Below are positions 1 through 14,177 of a stretch of 64,000 bases of DNA, one piece after another. The position numbers were made by a program, and so were the translations under genes. The stretch comes from Flaccisagitta enflata (Eukaryota): the NCBI GenBank assembly GCA_965153355.1, contig OZ231126.1, positions 18,042,001-18,106,000 of the forward strand. The letters run 5' to 3'. Numbering within the stretch: position 1 is the first letter of the stretch; each line of letters starts with the position of its first letter. Below the pieces are notes generated by a model. That model had not been told where the DNA came from. It did no database searches and saw nothing but the letters and a program-made list of their open reading frames with translations.

Positions 1-3000
1 TGCACACCAAAAATCATCAACGTGGTTACATTTTTACAACTGTGACACAGCTTTGAAAATGCTCAAAATACACCTTATGTTTTCAGATGCACCCTATTGT
101 CTCCCTTCTTATAAGAGAGAATCGCGATATTATCAAACCTGTATTTTTGGCTTGTTTGTTTATTTTTTGACTAAGTAAGCATGCTAACATGTAAACAAGT
201 TAAAAATACCTTTTATTACCATTCATAGAACCCAGGGCCCAAGAGAAAAATCCACCAAATAAAGCCTAAATTCTCCTGTTTTTGACCTTCTCAATATTAG
301 GCAAAACAGGTGTTTTTCAAGCCAATTTTAACCTGTTTTGGGCCTGGTATGTCTAGCAAATGGCCCAAATCTTGTTTTTCAGCATTACAAGTTCTCTTTT
401 TCTCAGTTTCTGATGGTTTCAGATCAGTTCTTAAAAATATGTATAGTGACCCCCTCTTAATAAGAGAATCTTGATATTATCAAACCTGTATTTTTTGGCT
501 TGTTTGTTTATTTTTTGACTAAGTAAGCATGCTAACATGTAAACAAGTTAAAAATACCTTTAATACCATTCATAGAACCCAAAATTTGAGAAAAATCCAC
601 CAAATAAAGCCTAAATTCTCCTCAATTTTGACCTTCTCAATATTAGAGCAAAACAGGTGTTTTTCAAGCCAATTTTAACCTGTTTTGGGCCTGGTATGTC
701 TAGCAAATGGCCCAAATCTTGTTTTTCAGCATTACAAGTTTCTCTTTTTCTCAGGATTTCTATGGTTTCAGATCAGTTCTTAAAAATATGTATATTGACC
801 CCCTCTTAATAAGACAGGAGACAACACCCCTCGCGACCTCTCACGATGATCAGTTAGAACTAGGTAAACATAAGATCTTGTTCTGAGCCCAGAGGTTGAG
901 TAGGGTAGCAATTTTTTGAGTTGGCTCCTAAGCTGAAGTGCTGATGAGTGGATTGAAATAGTTTTGGACTTAGATTGTAGAATTTGACCGCAAAAAACTC
1001 AATTGGAAGTAATATACGATATTTATGCAAATTTGCCCAAAAAGTAGCTGAGTTGGCTTGTAGGCAATATCAGGAAAAATCAAACTGTTGTGTATTTGGA
1101 TTTTTTTAGCCCAAATCCCTTTAGTAACATCTAATTAGCATAACCCAAGTTCAGGATAACTTGGGAAAATTCATTTTTTGGATATATTGATGATGGATTT
1201 TGGGTTGTCAAGCTTCAAAAATCCGTATTTGGGAAGGTAGTACTACGTAAAAGGGGTGAATTGGTCATTTTAAAGGCAGTTCAGCCCAAAATTCAATTTT
1301 GTAGTCAGAAGTACACCAGTATTCAAGGAGGATGCACACCAAAAATCATCAATGTGGTTGCATTTTTACAACTGTGACACAGCTTTGAAAATGCTCAAAA
1401 TACCCCTTATTTTCAGATGCACCCTATTGTCTCCCTTCTTATAAGAGAATCTTGATATTATCAAACCTGTATTTTTGGCTTGTTTGTTTATTTTTTGACT
1501 AAGTAAGCATGCTAGCATGTAAACAAGTTAAAAACACCTTTTATACCATTCATAGAACCCAAAATTTGAGAAAAATCCACCAAATAAAGCCTAAATTCTC
1601 CTCAATTTTGACCTTCTCAATATTAGAGCAAAACAGGTTTTTTTCAAGCCAATTTTAACCTGTTTTGGGCCTGGTATGTCCAGCAAATGGCCGAAATCTT
1701 GTTTTTCAGCATTACCAGTTCTCTTTTTCTCAGTTTCTGATGGTTTCAGATCAGTTCTTAAAAATATGTATAGTGACCCCCTCTTAATAAGACAGGAGAC
1801 AACACCCCTCACGACCTCTCACGCTGATCAGTTAGAACTAGGTAAACATAAGATCTTGTTCAGAGCCCAGAGGTTGAGTAGAGTAGCAATTTTTTGAGTT
1901 GGCTCCTAAGCTGAAGTGCTGATGAGTGGATTGAAATAGTTTTTCGGACTTAGATTGTAGAATTTGACTTCCAAAAACCTCAATTGGAAGTAATATACGA
2001 TATTTGTGCAAATTTGCCCAAAATATAGCTGAGATTGGCTTCATGGGCAATATCCCAGGAAAAATCTAACTGAGTAGTTTGGATTTTTTTAGCCCAAATT
2101 CCTTTAGTAACATCTAATGAGCATAACCCAAGTTCAGAAGGATAACTTAGGAAAATTCATTTTGGATATATTGTTGATGATGGATTTTGGGTTGTCAAGC
2201 TTCAAAAATCCGTATTTGAGAAGGTAGTACTACGTAAAAGGGGTGAATTGGTGATTTTGAAGGCAGTTCAGCCCAAAATTCGATTTTGTAGTCAAAGCAC
2301 AATGTTCAAGGAGGATGCACAACAAAAATCATCAATGTGCTTGCATTTTTACAACTGTGACACAGCTTTGAAAATGCTCAAAATACCCCTTATTTTTCAG
2401 ATGCACCCTATTGTCTCCTTTCTTATAAGAGAATCTTGATATTATCAAACCTGTATTTTTTGGCTTGTTTGTTTATTTTTTTGACTAAGTAAGCATGCTA
2501 ACATGTAAACAAGTTAAAAATGCCTTTAATACCAAATTATAGAACCCAAGAGTTGAAAAATCCACCAAATAAAGCCTAAATTCTCCTCAATTTTGACCTT
2601 CTCAATATTGGAGCAAAACAGGTGTTTTTCAAGCCAATTTTTACCTGTTTTGGGCCTGGTATGTCTAGCAAATGGCCCAGATCTTGATTTTCAGCTTTGC
2701 AAGTTCTCTTTTTCTCAGTTTCTGATGGTTTCAGATCAGTTCTTAAAAATATGTATGGTGACCCCCTCTTAATAAGACAGGAGACAACACCCCTCGAGAT
2801 TATCAAATTACCTGCTGTTTTTTTTTTTTGGTATTTTTTGGCTTGTTTGTTTATTTTTTGACTAAGTAAGCATGCTAACATGTAAACAAGTTCAAAATAC
2901 CTTTAATACCATTCATAGAACCCAAAATTTGAGAAAAATCCACCAAATAAAGAAAGCCTAAATTCTCCCTCAGTGCATTTGACCTTCTCAATATTAAGAA

Positions 3001-6000
3001 CTTAAAACAGGTGTTTTTCAAGCCAATTTTAACCTGTTTTGGGCCTGGTATGTCTAGCAAATGGCCCAAATCTTGTTTTTCAGCATCACAAGTTCTCTTT
3101 TTCTCAGTTTCTGATGGTTTCAGATCAGTTCTTAAAAATATGTATAGTGACCCCCTCTTAATAAGACTGGAGACAACACCCATAAAGGCCTCTCACGCTG
3201 ATCAGTTAGGACTGGGTAAACCTCAGATCTTGTTCTGAGCCCAGAGGTTGAGTAGGGTAGCAATTTTTTAAGTTGGCTCCTAAGCTGAAGTGCTGATGAG
3301 TGGATTGAAATAGTTTTTGGACTTAGATTGTAGAATTTGACTGTAAAAACTCAATTGGAAGTAATATACGATATTTATGCAAATTTGCCCAAAAAGTAGC
3401 TGAGTTGGCTTGCAGGCAATATCAGGAAAAATCAAACTGGTGGATTTGGATTTTTTTAGCCCAAATCCCTTTAGTAACATCTAATGAGCATGACCCAAGT
3501 TCCGGATAGCTTGGGAAAATTCATTACTTGGACATATTGATGATGGATTTTGGGTTGTCAAGCTTCAAAAATCCGTATTTGAGAAGGTAGTACTACGTAA
3601 AGGGGAGTGGGAGTGGTCATTTGGAAGGCAGTTCAGCCCAGAATTCAGATGCCATAGTCAAAGTACAATGTTCAAGGAGGATGCACACAGAAATCGTAAT
3701 GTGGTTGCATTTTTACAACTGTGACATAGCTTTGAAAATGCTCAAAATACCCCTTATTTTTCAGATGCACCCTATTGTCTCCCTTCTTATAAGAGAATCT
3801 TGATATTATCAAACCTGTATTTTTTGGCTTGTTTGTTTATTTTTTGACTACGTAAGCATGCTAACATGTAAACAAGTTAAAAACACCTTTAATACCATTC
3901 ATAGAACCCAAAATTTGAGAAAAATCAACAAAATAAGGCCTAAATTCTCATAATTTTGACCTTCCTCAATATTAGAGCAAAACAGGTGTTTTTCAAGCCA
4001 ATTTTAACCTGTTTTGGGCCTGGTATGTCTAGCAAATGGCCCAAATCTTGTTTTTCAACATTACAAGTTCTCTTCTACTCAGTTTCAGATGGTTTCAGAT
4101 CAGTGCTTAAAAATATGTATAGTGACCCCCTCTTAATAAGACAGGAGACAACACCCCTCACGACCTCTCACGCTGATCAGTTAGAACTAGGTAAACATAA
4201 GATCTTGTTCTGAGCCTAGAGGTTAGGTAGGGTGCTTAATTTTTGAGTTGGCTCCTAAGCTGGGGGAGTGCTATGAGTGGATTGAAATAGTTTTTTGGAC
4301 TTAGGTGGCAGAATTTGACCACAAAAGCTCAATTGGAAGTAATATACGGAAATGTTGCTTCAAATTTGCCCAAAAAGTAGCTGAGTTGGCTTGTAAGCAA
4401 TACCAGGAAAAATCAAACTGGTGTATTTGGATTTTTTTAGCCCAAATCCCTTTAGTAACATCTAATTAGCATAACCCAAGTTCAGGATAACTACAGAAAA
4501 TTCATTTTTTGGATATATTGATGATGGATTTTGGGTTTTCAAGCTTCAAAAATCCGTATTTGAGAAGGTAGTACTACGTAAAAGGGGTGAATTGGTCATT
4601 TAGAAGGCAGTTCAGCCCAAAATTCAATTTTGTAGTCAAAGTACAATGTTCAAGGAGGATGCACACCAAAAAAAAATCATCAATGTGCTTGCATTTTTAC
4701 AACTGTGACTTCGCTTTGAAAATGCTCAAAAGAAATACCCATATTTTCAGATGCACCCTATTGTCTCCCTTCTTATGAGAGATACTTGATTATTATCAAA
4801 CCTGTATTTTTTAGCTTGTTTGTTTTTATTTTTTTTGACTAGTAAGCATGCTAACATGTAAAACAAGTTAAAAATACATTTAATACCATTCAACTTAGAA
4901 CTAATTTGAGAAAAAAATCACAAATAAAGCCTAAATTCTCCTCAATTTTGACCTTCTCAATATTAGAGCAAAACAGGTGTTTTTCAAGCCAATTTTAACC
5001 TGTTTTGGGCCTGGTATGTCTAGCAAATGGCCCAAATCTTGATTTTCAGCATTACAAGTTCTCTTTTTCTCAGTTTCTGATGGTTTCAGATCAGTTCTTA
5101 AAAATATGTATAGTGACCACCTCTTAATAAGACAGGAGACAACACCCCTCGAGACCTCTCACCCTGATCAGTTAGAACTAGGTAAACACAAGATCTTGTT
5201 CTGAGCCCAGAGGTTGAGTAGGGTAGCAATTTTTTGAGTTGGCTCCTAGCTAGAGTGCTGATGAGTGGTTAAGGAAATAGTTTTTGGACTTAGATTGGCA
5301 GAATTTGACCGCAAAAACTCAATTGGAAGTAATATACGATATTTATGCAAATTTGCCAAAAAAGTAGCTGAGTTGGCTTGTAGGCAATATCAGGAAAAAT
5401 CAAACTGGTGGATTTGGATTTTTTTAGCCCAAATCCCTTTAGTAACATCTAATGAGCATAACCCAAGTTCAGGATAACTGGGGAAAATTCATTTTTTGGA
5501 TATATTGATGATGGATTTTGGGTTTTCAAGCTTCAAAAATCCGTATTTGAGAAGGTAGTACTACGTAAAAAGGGTGAATTGGTCATTTTGAAGGCAGTTC
5601 AGCCCAAAATTCAATTTTGTAGTCAAAGTACAATGTTCAAGGAGGATGCACACCAAAAATCATCAATGTGCTTGCATTTTTACAACTGTGACACAGCTTT
5701 GAAAATGCTCAAAATACCCCTTATTTTTCAGATGCACCCTATTGTCTCCCTTCTTATAAGAGAATCTTGATATTATCAAACCTGTATTTTTTGGCTTGTT
5801 TGTTTATTTTTTGACTAAGTAAACATGCTAACATGTAAACAAGTTAAAAATACCTTTAATACCATTCATAGAACCCAAAATTTGAGAAAATCCACCAAAT
5901 AAAGCCTAAATTCTCCTCAATTTTGACATTCTCAATATTAGAGCAAAACAGGTTTTTTTCAAGCCAATTTTAACCTGTTTTGGGCCTGGTATATCTAGCA

Positions 6001-9000
6001 AATGGCCCAAATCTTGTTTTTCAGCATTACAAGTTCTCTTTTTCTCAGTTTCTGATGGTTTCAGATCAGTTCTTAAAAATATGTATAGTGACCCCCTCTT
6101 AATAAGACAGGAGACAGCACCCCTCTCGACCTCTCACGCTGATCAGTTAGAACTAGGTAAACATAAGATCTTGTTCTGAGCCCCGAGGTTGAGTAGGGTA
6201 GCAATTTTTTGAGTTGGCTCCTGAGCTGAAGTGCTGATGAGTGGATTGAAATAGTTTTTGGACTTAGATTATAGAATTTGACTGCAAAAAACTCAATTGG
6301 AAGTAATATACGATATTTATGCAAATTTGCCCAAAAGTAGCTGAGTTGGCTTGTAGGCAATATCAGGAAAAATCAAACTGGTGGATTTGGATTTTTGTAG
6401 CCCAAATCCCTTTGGTGACATCTAATGAGCATATGCCAAGTTCAGGATAACTTGGGAAAATTCATTTTTTGGATATATTGATGATGGATTTTTGGTTGTC
6501 AAGAAACAAAATCCGTATTTGAGAAGGTAGTACTACGTAAAAGGGGTGAATTGGTCATTTTGAAGGCAGTTCAGCCCAAAAGGAAATTCTATTTTTTCTT
6601 AGTCAAAGTACAATGTTCAAGGAGGATGCATACTAAAAATCATCAATGTGGTTACATTTTTACAACTGTGACACAGCTTTGAAAATGCTCAAAATACCGC
6701 TTATTTTTCAGATGCACCCTATTGTCTCCCTTCTTATAAGAGAATCTTGATATTATCAAACCTGTATTTTTGGCTTTTTTGTTTATTTTTTGACTAAGTA
6801 AGCATGCTAACATGTAAACAAGTTAAAAATACCTTTAATACCATTCATAGAACCCAAAATTTGAGAAAAATCCACCAAATAAACCCTAAATTCTCCTCAA
6901 TTTTGACATCCTCATTATTAGAGCAAAGCAGGTGTTTTTCAAGCCAATTTTAACCTGTTTTGGGCCTGGTATGTCTAGCAAATGGCCCAAATCTTGTTTT
7001 CCAGCATTACAAGTTCTCTTTTTCTCAGTTTCAGTTGGTTTCAGATCAGTTCTTAAAAATATGTATAGTGACCCCCTCTTAATAAGACAGGAGACAACAC
7101 CCCTAGCGACCTCTCACGCTGATCAGTTAGAACTAGGTAAACATAAGATCTTGTTCAGAGCCCAGAGTTTGAGTAGGGTAGCAATTTTTTGAGTTGGCTC
7201 CTAAGGCTGAAGTGCTGATGGAGTAGGGTCCAAAATAGTTTTGAACTAGATTGTAGAAATTTGACCACCAAAACTCAATTGGAAGTAATATACGATATTT
7301 ATGCAAATTTGCCCAAAAGTAGCTGAGTTGGCTTGTAGGCAATATCAGGGAAAATCAAACTGGTGGATTTGGATTTTTTTAGCCCAAATCCCTTTAGTAA
7401 CATCTAATGAGCATAAGCCAAGTTCAGGATAACTTGGGAAAATACCTTGGGAAAATTCATTTTTTGGATATATTGATGATAGATTTTGGGTTGTCAAGCT
7501 TCAAAAATCCGTATTTGAGAAGGTAGTACTACGTAAAAGGGGTGAAGTGGTCATTTTGAAGGCAGTTCAGCCCAAAATTCAATTTTGTAGTCAAAGTACA
7601 ATGTTCAAGGAGGATGCACACCCAAAATCATCAATATGCTTGCATTTTTACAACTGTGACACAGCTTTGAAAATGCTCATAATACCCCTTATTTTTCAGA
7701 TGCACCCTATTGTCTCCCTTCTTATAAGAGAATCTTGATATTATCAAACCTGTATTTTTTGGCTTGTTTGTTTATTTTTTGACTAAGTAAGCATGCTAAC
7801 ATGTAAACAAGTTAAAAATACCTTTAATACCATTCATAGAACCCAAAATTTGAGAAAAATCCACCAAATAAAGCCTAAATTCTCCTCAATTTTGACCTTC
7901 TCAATATTAGAGCAAAACAGGTGTTTTTCAAGCCAATTTTAACCTGTTTTGGGCCTGGTATGTCTAGCAAATGGCCCAAATCTTGTTTTTCAGCATTACA
8001 AGTTCTCTTTTTCTCAGTTTCTGATGGTTTCAGATCAGTTCTTAAAAATATGTATAGTGACCCCCTCTTAATAAGAGAATCTTGATATTATCAAACCTGT
8101 ATTTTTTGGCTTGTTTGTTTATTTTTTGACTAAGTAAGCATGCTAACATGTAAACAAGTTAAAAATACCTTTAATACCATTCATAGAACCCAAAATTTGA
8201 GAAAAATCCACCAAATAAAGCCTAAATTCTCCTCAATTTTGACCTTCTCAATATTAGAGCAAAACAGGTGTTTTTCAAGCCAATTTTAACCTGTTTTGGG
8301 CCTGGTATGTCTAGCAAATGGCCCAAATCTTGTTTTTCAGCATTACAAGTTCTCTTTTTCTCAGTTTCTGATGGTTTCAGATCAGTTCTTAAAAATATGT
8401 ATAGTGACCCCATCTTAATAAGATAGGAGACAACACCCCTCGCGACCTCTCACGCTGATCAGTTAGAACTAGGCAAACATAAGATCTTGTTCTGAGCCCA
8501 GAGGTTGAGTAGGGTAGCAATTTTTTGAGGTTGCTCCTAAGCTGAAGTGCTGATGAGTGGATTGAAATAGTTTTTGGACTTAGATTTTAGAATTTGACCG
8601 CTAAAAACTCAATTGGAAGTAATATACGATATTTGTACAAATTTGCCCAAAAGTAGCTGAGTTGGCATGTAGGCAATATCAGGAAAAATCAAACTGGTGG
8701 ATTTGGATTTTTTAAGCCCAAATCCCTTTAGTAACATCTAATGAGCATAACCCAAGTTCAGGATAACTTGGGAAAATTCATTTTTTGGATATATTGATGA
8801 TGGATTTTGGGTTGTCAAGCTTAAAAAATCCGTATTTGAGAAGGGTAGTACTACGTAAAGGGTGAATTCTGGTCATTTACAAAGAGAAGGCAGTTCAGCC
8901 CAAAATTCAATTTTCTTAGTCAAAGTACAATGTTCAAGGAGGATGCACACCAAAAATCATCACTGTGATTGCATTTTTACAACTGTGACACAGCTTTGAA

Positions 9001-9565
9001 AATGCTCAAAATACCCCTTATATTTCAGATGCACCCTATTGTCTCCCTTCTTATAAGAGAATCTTGATATTATCAAACCTGTATTTTTGGCTTGCTTGTT
9101 TGTTTATTTTTGACTAGTAGCATGCTAACATATGTGGCTTTCAAGTTAAAAATACCTTTAATACCATTCATAGAGGCTAAAATTTGAGAAAAATCCACCA
9201 AATAAAGCCTAAATTCTCCTCAATTTTGACCTTCTCAATATTGGAGCAAAACAGGTGTTTTTCAAGCCAATTTTTACCTGTTTTGGGCCTGGTATGTCTG
9301 GCAAATGGCCCAAATCTTGTTTTTCAGCATTACAAGTTTTCTTTTTCTCAGTTTCTGATGGTTTCTTCCAGGTCAGTTCTTAAAGAAATTTATGTATAGT
9401 GACCCCCTCCATGCGGGCTAAGGAGACAACACCCTAAAAGAGACCTCTCACGCTGATCAGTTAGAACTAGGTAAACATAAGATCTTGTTCTGAGCCCAGG
9501 GGTTGAGTAGGGTAGCAATTTTTTGAGTTGGCTCCTAAGCTGAAGTGCTGATGAGTGGATTGAAA
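1..9565. repeat. Tandem array (satellite) of ~980-bp units; some units carry an internal ~345-bp duplication
   Basis: Landmark 'gatgcacaccaaaaatcatc' recurs at ~1, 1333, 2315, 3681, 4660, 5647, 6627, 7615 and 8944, giving spacings of ~980 or ~1330-1365 bp. The same short ORFs recur in each unit. Confidence 0.97.
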
Positions 9566-12500
9566 GAAATGTACCCCTGATAATTGAGATGCCCCCTTCA
9601 ATATCAGTGGGTTTAGATCCCAAATGTACCCCTTACATTTGAAATGTACCCCCAGATTTTTTCCTTAGTTTTGGATTGCTCTCAGATGTACCCTCTTCAT
9701 TATAAGTGGGTTTTGATCTCAAATATGCCCCTGATAATTGAGATATACCCCCTTCAATATCAGTGGGTTTAGATCCCAAATGTACACAACTTACATTTGA
9801 TAACACTGAATTTTTCCTTAGTTGGATTGCTCTTAGATGTACCCTCTTCATTATAAGTGGGTTTCGATATCGTCTTCCCCTTGCATTTTGAGATGTACCC
9901 CCCTTCAATATCAATGGTTTAGATCCCAAATGTACCCCTTACATTTTAAATAACCTTTGATTTTAGATTTTGGATTGCTCTCAGGGTACCTCTTCGTATA
10001 AGTGGTTTCGATCTCAGAAATGTACCTGATAATTGAGATCTGCCCCTTCAATAGTGGTTTAGATCCGAAATGTACCCCTTACATTTGAAATGTACCCCAG
10101 ATTTTTCCTTAGTTTTGGATTGCTCTCAGATGTACCCTCTTCCGTATGAGTGGGTTTCGTCTCAAATGTACCCCTGATGATAATTGAGATGTACCCCTTC
10201 AATATGAGTGGGTTTAGATCGAAATGTACCCTTACATTGAAATGTACCAGATTTTTCCTTAGTTTTGGATTGCTCTCAGATGTACCTTCTTCATTATAAG
10301 TGGGTTTCGATCTCAAATGTACCCCTGATAATTGAGATGTACCCCTTCAATATCAGTGGGTTTAGATACTTAAATGCTTGCCTTACATTTGAAATGTACC
10401 CCAAGAATTTTTCCTTAGTTTTAGATTGCTCTTAGATGTACCCTCTTGGTTATCAGTGGGTTTAGATCTCAAATGTATTGCCCCTTGCATTTGAGATGTA
10501 CTGAATTTTCCTTAGTTTGGGTTTTCTCTCCAGATATGCCTTCTTCTGTTATGGGTGGGTTTAAATCTCAAATGTACCCCTGATAAATGAGATGTACCCC
10601 CTTCATTTTTAGTAGGTTTAGATCTCAAATGTACCCCTTACATTTGAGATGTACCCCCAAATTTTTTCCTTACATTGGGTTTCGGTTTAGATGTACCCCC
10701 TTCATTATCAGTGAGTTTAGATCTCAAATGTACCCCTTGCAGTTGAGATGTACCCCCAGATTTTTCCTTAGTTTGGGTTACATCTCAACTGCAGGAGTAC
10801 ATTTGAGATCTAAACCCACTGATAATGAGGGTATCTAAACAAGCAATGTAAGGAAAAATTTGGGGTACATCTGCAAATATGAAATTCTACAATTTAGTCT
10901 AAACCCACTAAAGGGGGTACATCTCATTTATCAGGGGTACATTTGAGATTTAAACCCACCCATAATGAAGAAGGTACATCTGAGAGAAAAACCCAAACTA
11001 AGGAAAAATCTGGGGGTACATCTCAAATGCAAGGGGTACATTTGAGACCTAAACCCACTGATAATGAAGAGGGTACATCTAAGAGCAATCTAAAACTAAG
11101 GAAAAAATCTGGGGGTACATTTCAAATGTAAGGGGTACATTTGGGATCCAAACCCACTGATATTGAAATTTGTACATCTTAGTTATCAGGAGTACATTTG
11201 AGATAGAAACACTACCTGTGAAGAAGGTACATCTGAGAAGCAGTCCAAGAACTAAGGAAAAAAATCTGGTATTCAAATGTAGGAGATACATTAATTAAAT
11301 ACCTCATAGAGGGGAACATCTCAATTATCGAGGAGTATTTGAGACCACTCATGAAGGGTACATCTGAGCTGTCAGAAGCTAAGGAAAATCTGGGGTATTC
11401 AAATGTAAGAGTACATTGGATCTAAACCACTCTCATGAAGGGTACATCTCAATTATCAGTATTGAATAAAGTACTTATAATGAAGAGAGGCCTCTGAGCG
11501 ATCCCAAAGCAGGAAAAAAATGAATTTACATTTCAATGTGAAGTACATTGAGATCTAAATGAAGGTACATCTCATCAAAGTGCATTTGATCGAGAAACTT
11601 CCACTTGTAATAGTACTGATATCCATAACTAAGGAAAGATCTGGGGAAAACCATTTCAGATGTAAGCTGGATCTAAACCGCTGATATTGAAGAGTATATC
11701 TCAGTATCAGGGAAGTGACGAATCTAAAACCACTTAGCAATGAAGATACATCTGAAGCAGTAAAACAGGAAAAAATCTGAAATTTATTTCAATGTAGGGA
11801 CAATTGAGATCTAAACCCACTGATATTGAAGAGGTATCTCAGTATCAGTGCATTTGAATGAAACACTGAGGGTACATCTAATCAAACAAGAAAATCTGAA
11901 ATTTATTCAAATGAAGAGAGCTGCATTTGAGTCTAAACCCATGATAATGAGGGTACATCTCAATTATCAGAGTACATTTGAAGATCGAAACCCCTTATAA
12001 AGTATCTGAAGCAATCCAAAACTGATTTATTCATATATGAGGTACATTTGAGATCTAAAACCACTGATATTGAAGGAGTATCTCAAATGCAGGAATACAT
12101 TGAATGAAACCCACTATAATGAAAGTGAGCGAAATCCGAGTACAAACCATATACGATGAGGGTGCATCTCAATTATCAGAATTGCATTTGAGAATCGAAA
12201 CCCACTTACTAATGAAGGGAACAATCCCATAAGAGAAAAATCTGGGAGTTACATTTCAAATGTGAGTACATTTGAGATCTAAACTCAACTGATGAAATTA
12301 TCACAGGTACATTTTAGATCTAGGCAACTTATAATGTTACATCTGACAATCAAAAACTATCTGAGTACATTTCATATGTAAAGGGAGTACATTTGGGATC
12401 ACTCCACTGATGAGTGTAGAAGTGCAATTTGAATAGAGCCCACTATGTGTACATCTGAAGCAATCAAAAGTAGGAAAAGAATGCGGAATTTACATTTCAA

Positions 12501-13462
12501 ATGTGAAGTACATCTATACTGATATTGAAGGGTTATCTCAATTATCGGGGTACATTTATCAACTATATAATGAAGTGCGGCGCTGGAAAGAGTATCTGGA
12601 GGCACATTTCAGATGTAAGGGAGCCCATTTGAGATCTAAATATGAAGGGTAAATCTCAATTATCAGGGGTGCATTTGAGGTCGAAACACTTATAATGAAT
12701 TATCGAAGCAATCAAAACAAAATCACAGGGTATTTCAAATGTAAGGGTACGTGAATCGCCATTGACCAGAGGGGTACATCTCAAATGCAAGAATTGCATT
12801 TGAATCAGCCCATAATGAAGGCCCATCTGAGCTTAATCATAACTGGAAAATCTGGGGCCATTTCAAATGTGAGGCATTTGGGATCTAAATACTGATATTG
12901 AAGAAATCTCAAATACAAGAATTGCATTTGGACATCGAAACACTTATATGAAGAAGGTACATCTGAGAGCAATCTAAAACTAAGAAAAAATCTGGGGTAC
13001 ATTTCAAATGTAAGAGTACATTTGGATCAAACCCACTCATATTGAAGGTACATCTCAATTATCAGGGGTACATTTTGGTTAAACCACTTATAATGAAGAG
13101 GAACATCACAATGAGAGCAATCCAAAACTAAGGAAAAAAATCTGGGGTACATTTCAAATGTAAGAAGTACATTTGGGATCTAAACCCACTGATATTGAAG
13201 AGGGTACATCCCAATTATCAGGGGTACATTTTAGATCAAAACCCACTTCAAAAGTAAGGGGGTACATCTAGGCAAAGGAGGGTACATTTCAAATCAATCC
13301 CCACTTATAATGAGGGGTACATCTCGGCAAAGTAGGGTACATTTCAAACAATCCCCAGTACATTGTAATGGGGTACATCTGGGGTACATTGCAGAAAATC
13401 CCCGGTTTTAGGGCCAGAATCTCATTTTGGGGTACATTTGGGAGAGGGTACATGAGGATCCC
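9566..13462. repeat. ~150-157-bp tandem repeat built of GTACCCC subunits, arranged as an inverted (foldback) pair centred at ~10765
   Basis: Unit 'aaatgtacccctgataattgagatgtacccccttcaatatcagtgggtttagatc...cagatttttccttagttttggattgctctcag' repeats on + up to ~10752 and as its reverse complement from ~10779. The junction reads tgcagttgagatgta...tacatctcaactgca. Confidence 0.93.
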
Positions 13463-13589
13463 TTCTTCCACAGATCAACCACAGCAGACCCACCAATCGA
13501 CCAAAGGACAACCCTTACAATCGCGTGCACGCCACCAAAAAGGTAATACTAAGGAAATCAAGGCCAAGTAGGCGGGTGGATTGTCAAAC

Positions 13590-13673
13590 GTTTGTGTGAC
13601 AGACAGACCGACCAACCGACGGACAGACGTGACCGGTTATACTTATATAGAGGTGCGTTGGCGCACCTAAAAA
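13590..13673 (-). mobile_element. Helentron/DINE-1-like short interspersed element fragment (family A)
   Basis: GACA/GACC microsatellite, terminal hairpin aggtgcg-ttgg-cgcacct and an A-run; same layout as the copies at 35969 and 44180. Confidence 0.55.
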
Positions 13674-13710
13674 GGTGCTGTATGACACGAATTCTACAAA
13701 AGAATCCTTG

Positions 13711-13801
13711 CAGTGCTTTCACGCTCAAAACCTGATAATAGTGGTTTATTCATTAAAAAAACATTATTATCATGATTTCTTCCTTGAGCGTGAAAGCACT
13801 G
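13711..13801. mobile_element. 91-bp MITE with 18-bp perfect TIRs
   Basis: cagtgctttcacgctcaa ... ttgagcgtgaaagcactg; CAGT termini with TA on the right flank (Tc1/mariner-like). Confidence 0.65.
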
Positions 13802-14121
13802 TAAGTTAACCATCGCATTAGTAATGCCATTACTTGCCATAATGGCAGATAGATTTGCTCAAACCGAATTTCCTCATTTACGTCGACAATCTTCGAGTTT
13901 GGGTTCAATTCAGCAAACAATTACTGCAGGGGCAACATCGGGGCCTTTGAGGCGTCAATACTTCGTTGTTTTCCATAAACTGTGTAATTAAAGAATAAAG
14001 CGCGCACAAAACCCTAAAACTTTCCACCGCGCTAATGAGGCTTTCTTAAGTCGCGTTCGCGCAACTCTTTGCTTCAATTGTTCTGTTATTTCGCCTAGTG
14101 CTTGATCAGTTTTTGCATCTC

Positions 14122-14123
<2 letters not shown>

Positions 14124-14174
<51 letters not shown>
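14124..14174. repeat. (GA)n microsatellite
   Basis: Pure GA run. Confidence 0.98.

Positions 14175-14177
<3 letters not shown>

Noticed and set aside
1591-9623. Recurrent 60-100-aa ORFs (MSSKWPKSCF…, MVILKAVQPK…)
   Set aside because: They are chance frames repeated with the satellite unit, with variable starts and stops and no recognisable domain.
9566-13462. Regularly spaced GTACCCC motifs resembling a CRISPR array
   Set aside because: The intervening sequences repeat periodically rather than being unique spacers; the context is eukaryotic and there are no cas genes.
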